The notes below the pieces were generated by a model. It saw only the letters and a list, made by a program, of their open reading frames with translations. It was not told where the DNA came from and did not search any database. DNA of 63,764 nt, the filler included, from Licmophora abbreviata (lineage: Eukaryota): NCBI GenBank assembly GCA_900291995.1. It is 9 parts of 9 records of this genome, joined end to end, with 100 filler letters (N's around TTAATTAATTAA, not from the genome) between each part and the next. Parts side by side here need not be neighbours in the genome. Positions count along the whole stretch, not along the records: positions 36,721 to 51,593 come from OLMU01001211.1; positions 51,694 to 54,095 come from OLMU01001214.1; positions 54,196 to 58,387 come from OLMU01001215.1; 6 more parts are not named here. One strand, 5' to 3'. Positions 43,802 to 55,539 of the stretch are shown piece after piece (within the stretch, counting starts at the first letter, position 1; each line of letters opens with the position of its first letter). A program made the position numbers and the translations under genes.

Positions 43802-46800
43802 TTACTCTTTTGTGTCGCTACCGCCCTCACGTTTGAAGGGCTTCACTTGATTCACTCCAATATTCTGCAATAGGCCTTGAATGTCATCTGCTTTCGCTCC
43901 AATGGCTTGTGTGACCGGAAACGCAGTTCGGTAGTCCCGTGGGTCAATCGGCGCATTCGTGGGAGGAGCTGACGCCGCCAGACCAAAGACTTGGGCCAGC
44001 TTCTCGTATGCGAGAAGCGTAATTCCAAACTGCGGAGACGACCGAAACACGCGCATACCCGACCCTTTGAAAAATGCCGAGATGCCCTCGTTTTCGTAAA
44101 TCTTGATGGAACAGTCCCTGATGCCAGTGTAGGCCAGCTCACCATCGCGTGTCACAACTTGCAAACGCGTCTTCAGCACGTCTGCAGGCGTGGTTAGGAA
44201 AGCCGCTGGCACCCCCGCAGCGGCACCAGCCACAAGGAGACTCATGGCTGATGCTCTGCCAGAACCCTCCCTCTCGACGAGGTACTCCTTGCACGCAGCA
44301 TAAGCTGGAAAATAAATAGCTGAGAAAGGAATGTCACGCAGCAGACAAGCAGCCGCGCCCTTGTATAGTCCAACAAGACCGAGCTCGGTTGCTATCTGAA
44401 GAGCCGACTGTGGCTTTGGCACTGGTTTTCCTTGCGCCTTCAATAGACGAGCCGTCTCTCCTTGCACTTGAAGGCGGATTTTGCTTATCTCCAGAGGGTT
44501 GGTGACCAACACTTGGCAAGCACCCGCACAACCACCACTCAGAAGCTCTAGCGACAGGTGAATAGAATCCTTGCCAGTGCTGGCATCGCTCACAGTGAAG
44601 GCTTTTCGCAAAATGTCATTCACGGTTAACTTGATGGCCTTTTCGGGAGCAACACCCACCAACTGAGGCAAAAGACCTCGGTACAAACCGACAAAGCCTT
44701 CGGCCCCTACAGTCTTTCGGAAACAGTCGAATGAATTTGCATACCTACATACGAGCGGAAAGAAAGATATAGTTGTTGGAAGTCGATTCGAATAATCATA
44801 AAAAGGCCACAAGGGTTGACGCGGGGTCAATGCACTTACATCCGACTCCCGTCTGCAGAAATACGCTGATTCTGCATTCGTGTTTTGACTAAATCAATCG
44901 GATACACAGTGGCCGCGCCGATGCCTCCTGCTACCGCAGCGAGACCGAAATTCTCAATCACTTCGACAAATCTCTCGGTGATGGATTTGGTTTTCTGTGC
45001 GGACGGGCCCTCTGAAATTCTACCATAACGGAAATCCTGTGGTGGAGCAAAAGTCAACTTGCCGTCTCTGCCTTCGACAGCCTCTAGTCGCTGAAGAAAG
45101 TCCACGCCAACAACGCTCGCTACATCCTCTGGAGTCACATAGCCATCTCGGTTGAGATCAAAAAGTTGAAAGATAATGTCAACTTGTCGTCGACCGAGCT
45201 TTCCTCCTAAGCCAATCACTCGATTTGCAACCTTGAAATCGTCGGGTGAGATCGGCCCGTTCTTGATTTCACATGCCGCTCGAATTAAATTAGAGATACC
45301 CGCAAGCTGCAGCAGCATCTCTTGAAAGGCGAGGAAATCCCCGTAGGCAAAGTACCGATCCCCAAGCTTTTTGGATCGCTGCTCCATGTGAGCAAGTATT
45401 GAAGCGGACGTGGACTTTGCAGCCTCGGATGCGCTCGACTGCTTCAGCTTCTCTGCCGTCACCGATACAATTGCAGCAGCCTCCGCCGCCTCAAATGGTG
45501 CCTTGCAGTAGATATTGTCCAGTCGATCCGCTACTCCATCCGGCAAACGCCAACCGCATGATGTCTTCAGAACTCGAACAAAATCGGTCGGGGCCAGGTA
45601 TCCCTCGGGTGTTCCTCGAATCTCTACATCATGCAGAAAGGCTTGTCGGCCCATTTCCCGCTGAAAATCCGAAAGAAACTGTGAAAAGCAGTGATGACGT
45701 ACACTCCTCGACCCATCCGCACCGAAATGGCGCTGCACGAATTCCGAATGAATATCAAAGTAGCGCCCGCCTTCATGCAGATCGAGAAAGTGCTAGAGAA
45801 GGAGAAGCGATAAAGTGCCGTGAGCAAAGCGTGAGGGTTCAATAGCTCTTCAAGCACTCGCTCGACACCGGAACAATCAAGTTGCTCCCACCTTGAAATC
45901 CTCGAGCGTAATCGTTCCCGTTCGGCTCTGATCCATCAACAGAAAGGCAATGTCTACTTCCGGATCAGGCCTCGCCATGAGAATATGAAAAAGACAAAAG
46001 TCCGGTAGACTGATCCGTTGGATGCCCTCGGTTTTCCGCAACAAGCTATACGTGTTGGCGAATCGCACTTGCGCAGCCGCGCCATTGGCCACGCCCTCTT
46101 GTTCTGAACAGCATCTGACAAAGTCATCCTGCGATGGTAAAAAAGACAGCAAGAGATTTAGCCAAATTGTCCAGCGCTCACATGCTTTTTTCTTCAAAAA
46201 ACTGGTCCTCACCATGGTCATGTAAGGGTCTCCCGAAGACGTTTCTCTCGATGCATACTTTACAAACATGCGAACCATGGGATCGCTCGCAAGGACATAG
46301 TCCCGAAAGACAGGCGCAGATACAACCCAGCAAGTAAGTGGCTCATCGCGATCTTCCGGCGACGCCACGATACTGGCACTGTGCTGTCGACGAAACAAGA
46401 AGCCGCCTTCGCCAAAGATGGTTCCAGGACCGAGAGAAGCCGAATTGAAATTCTCGTGCCAGACATCGGCACGACCCGAATGGACAGCGTAAATCAAACT
46501 GGCAATGCCACTCTTTGGAAGTTCAGTGATTCTTCTCGATGCAGGAGCCATATCCTTTTTCGCTTCGTCGGCAGTTTCTTGTAAAGGTGGAACAGCAGCC
46601 ACTTCTCCGTCGATGTCTAGCTCTGCCTCTTCTCCCGCCAATGATATCGACTCTGCAACATTCGATTCTTCAGTCGCCTCTTCTTCCTCAAGATCGAGGG
46701 CGTCATCGGCTTCGGCATTCTGCTGACTACTATCATCCTCCTCCATCCCTCCGTTGCGCATACTATCAATTTTCTCCTTGGCCGTAGTGAGCAGCCGATG

Positions 46801-47118
46801 CGCATCTTCCTTGTCCTTCCATGCGACAGGATTCTCCTCGTCCAGACATCCCTCGAGAATCACCAGCTCACCGGGTGCGAATGTCTTCAATGTCGCCACC
46901 TCTATGAATCGTTCAATCTGCTCTTCATCAAGACACGTAAAGAAGGGAGACTTGTGAAGAGCGAGTCGAATGAGAGCCCTGTCGTTGTCAGATTTGGCAG
47001 ACACAGTCTCCGAATGGTGATGTTTGCCCGTATCGAGCAGTTTGGTCGTCCAAGCGCGTTCTTGCTCCGATCGTTTCGCAGCTGCCTCTTTCTCTCTGTC
47101 GACTGCCTCGTCGCTCAT
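43802..47118 (-). CDS. Aralar/citrin (SLC25A12/13)-like mitochondrial aspartate/glutamate carrier with N-terminal cNMP-binding and EF-hand domains; introns 46129-46212, 45793-45891, 44745-44839
   Basis: Carrier repeats [90 protein letters not shown]-hands [13 protein letters not shown] and [12 protein letters not shown]. cNMP domain SPFF..L...F.PGE.VI.EG...IY.V.SG...LGPG.IFGEGG. Confidence 0.92.
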
Positions 47119-47537
47119 GCTATGTCAGTGTAGTGGGGAGTCAGTCAAGCTTTGGGAGAGGGGATGACCATCACGTGCATACATGCGAGAGAGGGGAGAT
47201 GAGTGACAGGGAGCAGATTGATTCCGAACCAAAACAGGAAAACGAGAAAAACGCGATCTTTCTGTTCGAGCTCGTTTACAAGCTATCTAGTGTTGGAGCT
47301 CGCACACCAAAACGCCATCCCTAATGTCCCTACCCGGCGTATCACGAAAGTCTTGTTGGACCGGCGGCGCTTCCAAAAGACGCTTCCAGCCGCAGTTCCG
47401 TTCTCCTTGGTTCCTTATCACTCCTGCTGTTCCCCAGAAGTCTCCGTCCCTCTGTTTTACTAGTTCGAATCATCGCAAGAGAGCGGTTTGGAAGAGAAAA
47501 AGAAGAACGAACAAGATTCTGCAGTGCGGGTGACGAC

Positions 47538-50500
47538 ATGCTCACCATCACGTCCGACCGCGCAGACACGACCTATCGACGCACGACAGAAGCACTGCAG
47601 TCGACCTTTCATCTGTCGACAGACCTCTCTGCGATCCCTTCACTCGTATCCTTACGTGATGTTCTCGTGGAAGAAGCTTCTAGTAGTACAACGCTGATGC
47701 AAGAGGATGCTTCTGCTACTACTAGCACCGACGAGTCATCGCGTCCGACAGGCGAAGACTTTCTCTCCTCCATGCTTCATTCCTCTCGCGCAGAGTTTCC
47801 ACCTTCATCTCCGCATGCGAGTCGTCAATTTCTGCATCGCGCACTCGAGCATCTGGAACAGCCCTCGACCACTTCTACTCCTACCACGGATGGCACTGCT
47901 GCTCCTATTGACCCGCCCCAGTCTCTCGAGCAATCCTTACTTCAACAGCTCACAGAACTCATTACCGACACTCCTTACGACTCCTATGCTCACGCCCAAC
48001 AGGCCTTACTTGATCTAGGTCATTCCATTCCTCGCCGTGTCTGTCAACACCCCTTCCGACGAAACGATATTGTCTGGGTCTGCCGTACATGTCAAGCCGA
48101 CGAAACCTGCGTGCTGTGCCACGCATGTTTCACACACTCGAACCACGAAGGCCACGACGTGGCCTTTTACCACGCCCAAGCCGGTGGCTGTTGCGATTGT
48201 GGTGACCCCGATGCATGGGACAGCAATGGATTCTGTCCGCGGCATGGGCCGCAACAACATACGAGTGCATCGTTGGCGCCGGAGACGGTGCAGCGTGTCG
48301 AAGGTTTGGTGCCGGCCGTGGCCGATTGGCTTGTTCGGTGCATTGCAGCGCAGCAGGTGGAAGCGCATCGGCGTGCGCAGCGTGTGACCAGCAGAGTGGC
48401 GTCCCGGGTCCCTGCGGCATCGAGTGTCGATGAAAGAAGAAATATTCATGGGGAAGTAGAAGTAGAGGAAGACGAAGATATGGCGCCACAAGATATTGCT
48501 GCATTGGAACAACTACAAGACGAAGAAGAAGACGAAGAAGAAGACGTGGAAATGCAGGATAACCAGGACCCAGAGAATCAAGCTGACTTTGACCCCGTCC
48601 TCGTGGACATGGGCCACGTCTTTGTACCGGCTGCCGCGTCAACCTCGAAGTCACGCCATGGCGTTGTTCGCAGCAACAGTGGCGAATCTCTGGCCCAGCA
48701 GCTCGGAACCTTGGGACGAGAACAGCACGGCTTGTACATTGTGTTGCACGCCGACGAAATTCACAGTCAGTCGCAACTGCAAGACGCGCTGCGAGCCTTG
48801 CTGTTGGGAAGTTCGACTGCATCGCATACATACTTTAGCGATTCTTTGTTGCAACGCATGGCACGTGTATTGCGGGTGCATGGACAGCTGGTGGTATGGG
48901 GAACGACGGAATTGCTGTCGGAATGCTCTCCGACGCAAGTGCACTGTTGGAAGGATGGAGATCGTTCAGCATCGGCGCGTGTTGGGGCTGTCTTGTTGCA
49001 GCGTGCTTTCAAGTTGGTACGGACACATGGACTGATCTGTTCCCTTGTGACACGAAACGAACTGCAATGGGAGCAACGCTCTGTGGCAGTCTTGCAGTGG
49101 CTCGGACTCGTGGCGCGCAGTTGCGACCCACTGTGCCAGACGGTGGCTTCTTGTTTGCTGTCTAACGAGCACCTGGTGCCACTGCTGCGTGCTGATTTTT
49201 GCTTGGGAGCATCGATTACCAAGGCATGGCACTCATTACTGCTAACACTTTTGGCGGTGCCAACCTTGAAACGACGTCTTGCGGCAGCTTACTGCGACAC
49301 GTACCGGCACGTGACGGCCGAATATGCGCGTGGTCGAGGTACACTCGAACGGAGTGGGTATACCCTGTCGGTCCAGTTTCTGAACCGCGTCACGTACGTG
49401 GTAGATTTGGTGTCGAGGCGAGATTTGCTGGGCAAATTGGGCAAGGCTTTGCTGGAAACATTGTCCGTAGCCACAGCCGATGAATCGTCAACACGGGGAC
49501 CGCTAAACCCGAATCACTTTGTCTTGACACACCGAAGATATTCTCCATGTATCTCGGATCTGAAGTGTGTCTTGAACGTTCAGGGTATTCCGCGATTATT
49601 CTTGTTGCCGTTGGGTAGCTTCTTGAAAGACTGGATGCAGGCATTGAGTCTGGCGCAGGAAATGGATGGACAAGTGTGGCGAACGCCAGCCCAAGGACAT
49701 GTAGAAGTCGAACAGCGAGGGTGGGTGGGTGCATTCAATGCAAGTATCAGCTTGGCGAGTTTGTATGATCGGCTGTTAAGCTGGGACGATAGCGATGCCT
49801 GCCCCGTAGATCCCGCCGACTCCATGGTAGCGCAGAAACTTCCGACTGCTGTCGATGTAGCGTTCCGAGTGTTGCTCGACGGAATTGGTGGATGGCAGGA
49901 AAAGGCTATGGCCTCCTACATTCCAGTGTCGGGCGATCCATCTGGTGCAGGAGGTCATCATGTTTGCACAGCGAGCTTGCCGTTCTCTACGTTGGCAGCC
50001 AAACACGGGACACCTTTGGCATTCAAAGCTTTGCCGATCTCACAGGCCACCCGATGGAGCTTTCATTTGCCTCTTCATCGATTCTTTGCTGCGTGTTTGC
50101 GCGAGGTGTGTCGACGAGCGGACCCATTGCATGGAATTGAAGCTCTGTTGGGTAAATTGGACAGAGAGCTAGATCCGGTCATATCGTTTGAGCTATTTCG
50201 TGGCTTGATGGAGTTTCCAATGCTCGTGTTGTCGCGTGCTGCGCAGATTCGAGCGAATCTTTGGAGGCGCAATGGCTCAGGAATGAGAGATCAGGTCTTG
50301 AACTACAGAGAGCCTCCTTTTTGTCGGACATTGCGGGATGCCGATATTCTTCTCTTGCAGTTCGCGGCTCTTCGGCTGCGATCTCCGGACGGACGTGACA
50401 TTGGGTGTTCTGTATTGGTACACCTGTTGCTTCACCGGCTTGGACTTTCCGATGCATATCTTGGACTCTCGCCAGCCCCGAATGCAAACCTTGGCCTGTA

Positions 50501-51593
50501 CAAACAAGAGGCGAAAGCTGGTTTATATCCACTCGAGGAGGTTAGATACCGTGGCGATTCTTCAGTTGAATCATCAATTCCATGGCCTTTCTCGCCTGTA
50601 GAGGATGCTGAAGCTGCGCTTGCGCTGGTAGAAGAGACTCTGCATCTTCTAATTGTGTTGATATCTGAGCTTCCTCCCTCTTCTCCTAGAAACAAAGCAG
50701 AACATACCAAACAGGCGAAGGAGCGGTTGCGACGGGAGGTTATTCATCGTCTGGCATCTGGCCCGAAGACTCACAGCGAACTCAACGAAGTACAACACGT
50801 TCTTTCCTACTGGGACACCACATTCTTGAACGAGGAAGGCCAGTTTCTGGACCCAGATGATGCTGGTAGTGCGGCCCTTGGTGAAGCTCTGGTGGACGTG
50901 GCAGATAGGAAATTCAGTAGTGCCAGACTTACTCCTGATCAATGGGAACTCCGTCGGTCGGCATGGGATGAGTACGACCCAGCATTCTACCACATCAATG
51001 TGACGGATCATCAGCGAGCTGCGGAAAGCCGACCAAAACCCGCGGTGACAACCACTTCGATCGGGCTCGAGCCTCACCCCTATGCACCGTTTCGTGGAAC
51101 TTCCTTTCACCCGGCATTTCGCCGCTTGCAACGCGACATGACATCTGACGCTACTGTGCTTTCAATCCTATATCGCACGCTTCACGTGCATTGTCGCGCT
51201 AGACGTTACTCGGAAGACAATTCTCCGCATCAGGATACCACAATGTTCCGGGGCTCGGTACGTTTTCTGCTTCATTGTTTGCTTCCCATTGATGAATTGC
51301 CTCTTGTGTTCATATTGCTACTGTCTTTTCACGCTCTTTCATCTTGTTTCAGTTGGCATACGACAGCCAGGCCATGAGCGAGACGGTTTTGGCTCGTGCA
51401 GTACACCTGTTTACCCTAGGGGCCCGCGTGTGGGAAGATACGAATTCAGTGGACGACAAGCTGTGGAGGGAGAAAGGGGGCGGCTCGACAGGTAGCATTT
51501 TTCACAAATTTGAGAGCCAGTTGCCGACCGCGAAGCAGTGGGTGGAGGGGGCTCTTCTGGCTGACCCATGTACAGTGATGGACTCAGAATGGT
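47538..51593 (+). CDS. UBR1/PRT6-type N-recognin E3 ligase (3' partial); intron 51258-51352
   Basis: UBR box CQHPF..VWVCRTCQ.DETCVLC.ACF..SNHEGHD...GGCCDCGDPDAW; ClpS-like YIVLHADEIHS; LSVQFL; SFHLPLHRF; LWRRNG; LRREVIHRLASGPKTHSEL. Confidence 0.93.
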
Positions 51594-51693
51594 NNNNNNN
51601 NNNNNNNNNNNNNNNNNNNNNNNNNNNNNNNNNNNNNTTAATTAATTAANNNNNNNNNNNNNNNNNNNNNNNNNNNNNNNNNNNNNNNNNNNN
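51594..51693. other. Artificial assembly spacer
   Basis: N44-TTAATTAATTAA-N44. Confidence 0.98.
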
Positions 51694-51995
51694 AAAATGT
51701 ATCCAATGTTCACGATGCTGTCAGTACAAGATTCCGGCATCAGAATCAACAGGCCCGCCAAGTCACCACGGAAGCGTACGCTGAACACCTTACTGGTCCC
51801 ACTGGAGAAGGTCTCGGCCCATGCAGAAACTTCCGTCACCCCAACTTGGAACTGCAGCGAGTCTGGCAGGAATGAGGTCACGTCGGCGTCGAGGATACCG
51901 GACAGGTCCGAGAGAAGCTCCTGCCGCCCACCTGAAGAAAGAGCACTGCCCCAAGGCTCAACTTTGAGCCTCTCTGTTGTAAAATGCCCCTCCAT
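51694..51995 (-). CDS. GNAT (RimJ/RimL-like) acetyltransferase, 3' partial
   Basis: FTTERLKV, IL..DVT.FLP, LAGLLIL, VNIGYI, running into the gap. Confidence 0.7.
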
Positions 51996-52372
51996 CGAGA
52001 AAGATAGTGGAGCATGTCATGCTTGCTTATTGTGCCATCCCATCATGACAATGTCACAGTTTCTTGCTTCAGCAAAGAAGCATCGGCTCCTCAGGATCGA
52101 CTCCACCGGCCATAATTATTTCTATCGCATGTGACCTGGATGCGACGCCGTCTTCTTTCACGTTCCCATGCTTCTTCCTTTTTCCTGTGAGCATGCGCGT
52201 GATACAGCCTACCGGCACCAGATACGCGGTACCCGTATATGCTGTTGCGTCACCCCGCCGCTCCCACCAACACTGCGACGTTGATCAACGCAAGTTTTCT
52301 TGTGGAGCAGTGATCCTCCAAGGCGTATCGCTGTTAATGCGCTAGAAACTACGCGAAGTCGATGCACTAAAA

Positions 52373-53914
52373 ATGCTGTATTCCTCTGTACTCGTTAAAG
52401 CAGCCGGGATGCTGCTCGTGGTGCTGCTCGTCCAGACTCAGGACAAGCATGCGGTGGAAGCAACGTTTCGAGGAAGAAGAAGAGGCAAAGGCAAAAAGGA
52501 AAAATCGTTGAAAATCCCAGATCATCGGCAGCGTATGAGAACAGTGGATGGTAGGATGAAGTGTCGCTTTTTCCCTGCGCGTAACCCAGATGTGATCCAT
52601 GTAGGCGGTACGACATATAGAAAAAGGCCCCTGCCTGGTTTCGCACCTCGACCAGTTACAACTGCTCCACCACAAACACCGAGAGTCACTGATCAACCGT
52701 CCACAAGCAGTCCAATAAATCCCGCTCCGACAAAGTCACCTTCTATCCCGCCAGTGTCCACGAGCGCTCCGACCAATCGGGATCCGCCAGAGTCACCTTC
52801 TGGCTCACCCACGATAAGAACTGATGAGCCGTCTACAAATGCACCGACTGGAATTTCCCGTGATAGCGGAGTCTACGGTTTGCAGCCGTCTTGCAAAATT
52901 AACAACACGACCAAGTACAACATTTGCCTTGACATTGCGTCCGTCAACGGCACGTACCAGCCATGGATGAATCACGTGGTGAAAGCAAAAGAGCGATGGG
53001 AGCAAATCATTGTTGCTGACATTCCAAGCCAGAACTCGTTTCCTTTACCTCGTGATCCTTTGCAGTTCGATCCATCCCTGGAATTTTTGTGCAGTGGCTA
53101 CCCACAGGTAATCGACGATATCTACATTTGTGCACAAGATGACAATCTTGATGGGCCAGGGCAGCTCCTGGGAGGAGCCATTGTATTGAATGCTCGAATC
53201 CTTTTTGGAACCATGAATCCCAAGACGGAGAATCCGTACATTCTTCCATTGACGGGATATTTGGTGTTCGACTCAGCGGACATTGAGCGTGTGTCACCGA
53301 GAGGCCTTGAAGTCTTAATATTACACGAGATTGCTCATGCTCTTGGAATTGGATCTGTTTGGGAAGCAAATGGAGTCTACACATCTGGATCAAATTCTTA
53401 CGCGAGCAACACAGTTGCAGAACGCGAATGGAAATCGATCGGTTGCTCCGGCCCTTTGCCAGTGGAGCTCGATGGTGGCAGTGGTACTATCGGGAGCCAT
53501 TGGGATGAGGAGTGTCTGGCAGTCGAGTTGATGACGGGTTTTCTTGATGAGACTGTCAGCAGTCCCATTTCAAGGATCACAATTGGCTCCTTGGAAGACC
53601 TCGGCTACTTAGTCGACTACACAACCGCCGAACCCTTCACTAGGGACGACTTACAGTCTTGCGACGAGTCCTGTCCAGAGAACCGTCGCCTAGGAGGATC
53701 TTCAGTCAAGAGGCAAAGACGACAATTGATCGAAAGTGAACTTGTATATATCAGAGACTATGCCAACGGGAGACTCTCGCACCTACGCCGGGCAGCACCA
53801 CCTGGCAGGGAGTACGACGAGCCGGAGGGGATTGTATATGTCGGCGTCATGGATGTCTTCTACATCGATGAGGATGGCGACCTGCACATTGTAACTGTCA
53901 ATCTTAGTTTCTAA
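52373..53914 (+). CDS. Secreted leishmanolysin-like (M8-type) zinc metalloprotease
   Basis: Signal peptide, Pro/Thr/Ser stalk, DGPGQLLGGA, LHEIAHALGIG, PVELDGG.GT.GSHWDE and Met-turn ELMTGF. Confidence 0.88.
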   Translation: MLYSSVLVKAAGMLLVVLLVQTQDKHAVEATFRGRRRGKGKKEKSLKIPDHRQRMRTVDGRMKCRFFPARNPDVIHVGGTTYRKRPLPGFAPRPVTTAPPQTPRVTDQPSTSSPINPAPTKSPSIPPVSTSAPTNRDPPESPSGSPTIRTDEPSTNAPTGISRDSGVYGLQPSCKINNTTKYNICLDIASVNGTYQPWMNHVVKAKERWEQIIVADIPSQNSFPLPRDPLQFDPSLEFLCSGYPQVIDDIYICAQDDNLDGPGQLLGGAIVLNARILFGTMNPKTENPYILPLTGYLVFDSADIERVSPRGLEVLILHEIAHALGIGSVWEANGVYTSGSNSYASNTVAEREWKSIGCSGPLPVELDGGSGTIGSHWDEECLAVELMTGFLDETVSSPISRITIGSLEDLGYLVDYTTAEPFTRDDLQSCDESCPENRRLGGSSVKRQRRQLIESELVYIRDYANGRLSHLRRAAPPGREYDEPEGIVYVGVMDVFYIDEDGDLHIVTVNLSF

Positions 53915-54095
53915 CAAGACTAAGACGCTTGGTCGTCTTTAGTGTACATGAAGACTAGTCTAACAAGTTCCTCCCGGTGTGCCATGCCTGTAGACTACCG
54001 GTTTCAGCTAATACAGGTAAGGACTTGATTGCAATGATTGTTTAACAGTTAAGGTGAATTTTGATATGAGTAATACGAGAAATGAGGTCCTTTGG

Positions 54096-54195
54096 NNNNN
54101 NNNNNNNNNNNNNNNNNNNNNNNNNNNNNNNNNNNNNNNTTAATTAATTAANNNNNNNNNNNNNNNNNNNNNNNNNNNNNNNNNNNNNNNNNNNN
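54096..54195. other. Artificial assembly spacer
   Basis: N44-TTAATTAATTAA-N44. Confidence 0.98.
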
Positions 54196-54388
54196 ATGGC
54201 CACCACATGACGCCGTTTTCTCATCGCATCGCACTGTGTACCCATCTCTGACACCAGGCGCCACAGAACTGCTCCCTGAGAACTGATTCTTGTAGTGTCA
54301 CTGAAACTGAAGTGTACAAGGAAAGCATCTCGCAAGTCGAAACGTCGGACCCCATTTTATAGTCTCAGGTCTGTTTCGTCCTCTCCCC

Positions 54389-55228
54389 GTGGTCACGCCG
54401 GTCCCAATGACAAGCAAAGCAATTGCGCCCAGTGCAGCTCAGCTGGCTGTGCTGAAAGCTTCAGAAGCGCTGATAACGCCTTCTATGACGAGTCAGAATG
54501 ACGCCGACGCCGAAAGCCATCGTCCTGATTTTGCTGAAGTAGTGAAGGATGACAGCCAGTCTCCACAGTATTTAGCATCAAACCAGCCGTCGGCAGAGCT
54601 ATCGGCGAGCCACCATGCAGAGGCACTGTCAGCCATAGAAAAAAGACACGAGCAAAAGGTTGACATAGTGAAAGCATCGTATGAAGAGCTCATAAGTCTG
54701 CTGAAGAAAGAGCATTCTCTAGCGATTGAAAAGCTCAAGAAGAACGCCCAAGACGAGAAGGAGGCCATTAAAAGTCAATCCAAGCAGGAAATGGATGTTT
54801 TGCGCTCACTCCTTACATCTGAAGCGCGAAGGATCTTCGAGCAAGACGAAGCAGGAAAGCTCCGAAATGCATTGGACGATGCAAACTCCGAAGAAGGATC
54901 TAAGCAGGCTCAATTGGAGCATGCTCAATCACAGAATATATATTGGCAACAACAACTCAAGGAAGCTCATCTGATAAACATTGAACTGGGAAAACTACTG
55001 GCGGACCAGCAAGAGGATCTGGATGCCGACCACAAGACGCGCCAGGAAGCCCTGCAAGCGCTCGTTGAGCACGACATGGAAGTTCGTGCAAGGCGGGTTC
55101 AACATGGTGTCAAACTGATGCGGACAGCGTTGCGACTTCGAGGTCAGTTGGAAGTGCCCATGGACGATTCAGTGAGAGCAGACGATGACGATGTCAGTGC
55201 TATTACTGATCACTCTGGCTACAGGTAA
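54389..55228 (+). CDS. Hypothetical coiled-coil protein
   Basis: 279-codon ORF rich in E/K/Q/A/L heptads; first ATG a few codons in. Confidence 0.55.
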   Translation: MVTPVPMTSKAIAPSAAQLAVLKASEALITPSMTSQNDADAESHRPDFAEVVKDDSQSPQYLASNQPSAELSASHHAEALSAIEKRHEQKVDIVKASYEELISLLKKEHSLAIEKLKKNAQDEKEAIKSQSKQEMDVLRSLLTSEARRIFEQDEAGKLRNALDDANSEEGSKQAQLEHAQSQNIYWQQQLKEAHLINIELGKLLADQQEDLDADHKTRQEALQALVEHDMEVRARRVQHGVKLMRTALRLRGQLEVPMDDSVRADDDDVSAITDHSGYR

Positions 55229-55539
55229 CGGTAGTCTCTGGCTAATGGGAGTATTGAGAAGAGTTGATAGACTGTACTAGGGAGCGTCCGTCCGGCACAC
55301 CGACTTCATTTTTGGACTGAATCGCGCGTATTTCGCGCGCCGAAAGTGAACGGCCATTGGTTGATACGTCTCTCCACCACCCGTCTACTCGGAACGACTT
55401 GAAACCGCGAAAACCTAAAAACAAAAATCACAAACACAACGCCGTTCATTGATGACTAACGCATGGATGCAACCTTTGCTCCGCCGCACCGTCCGCATTG
55501 ACACTCCCATCGACTTGCTTACGCCATACTGAATTAACC

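Noticed and set aside
21811..51593. Protein quality-control cluster (SEC63, HRD1, UBR1-type ligase)
   Set aside because: The genes are separated by many unrelated genes; this is compatible with chance in a gene-dense genome.
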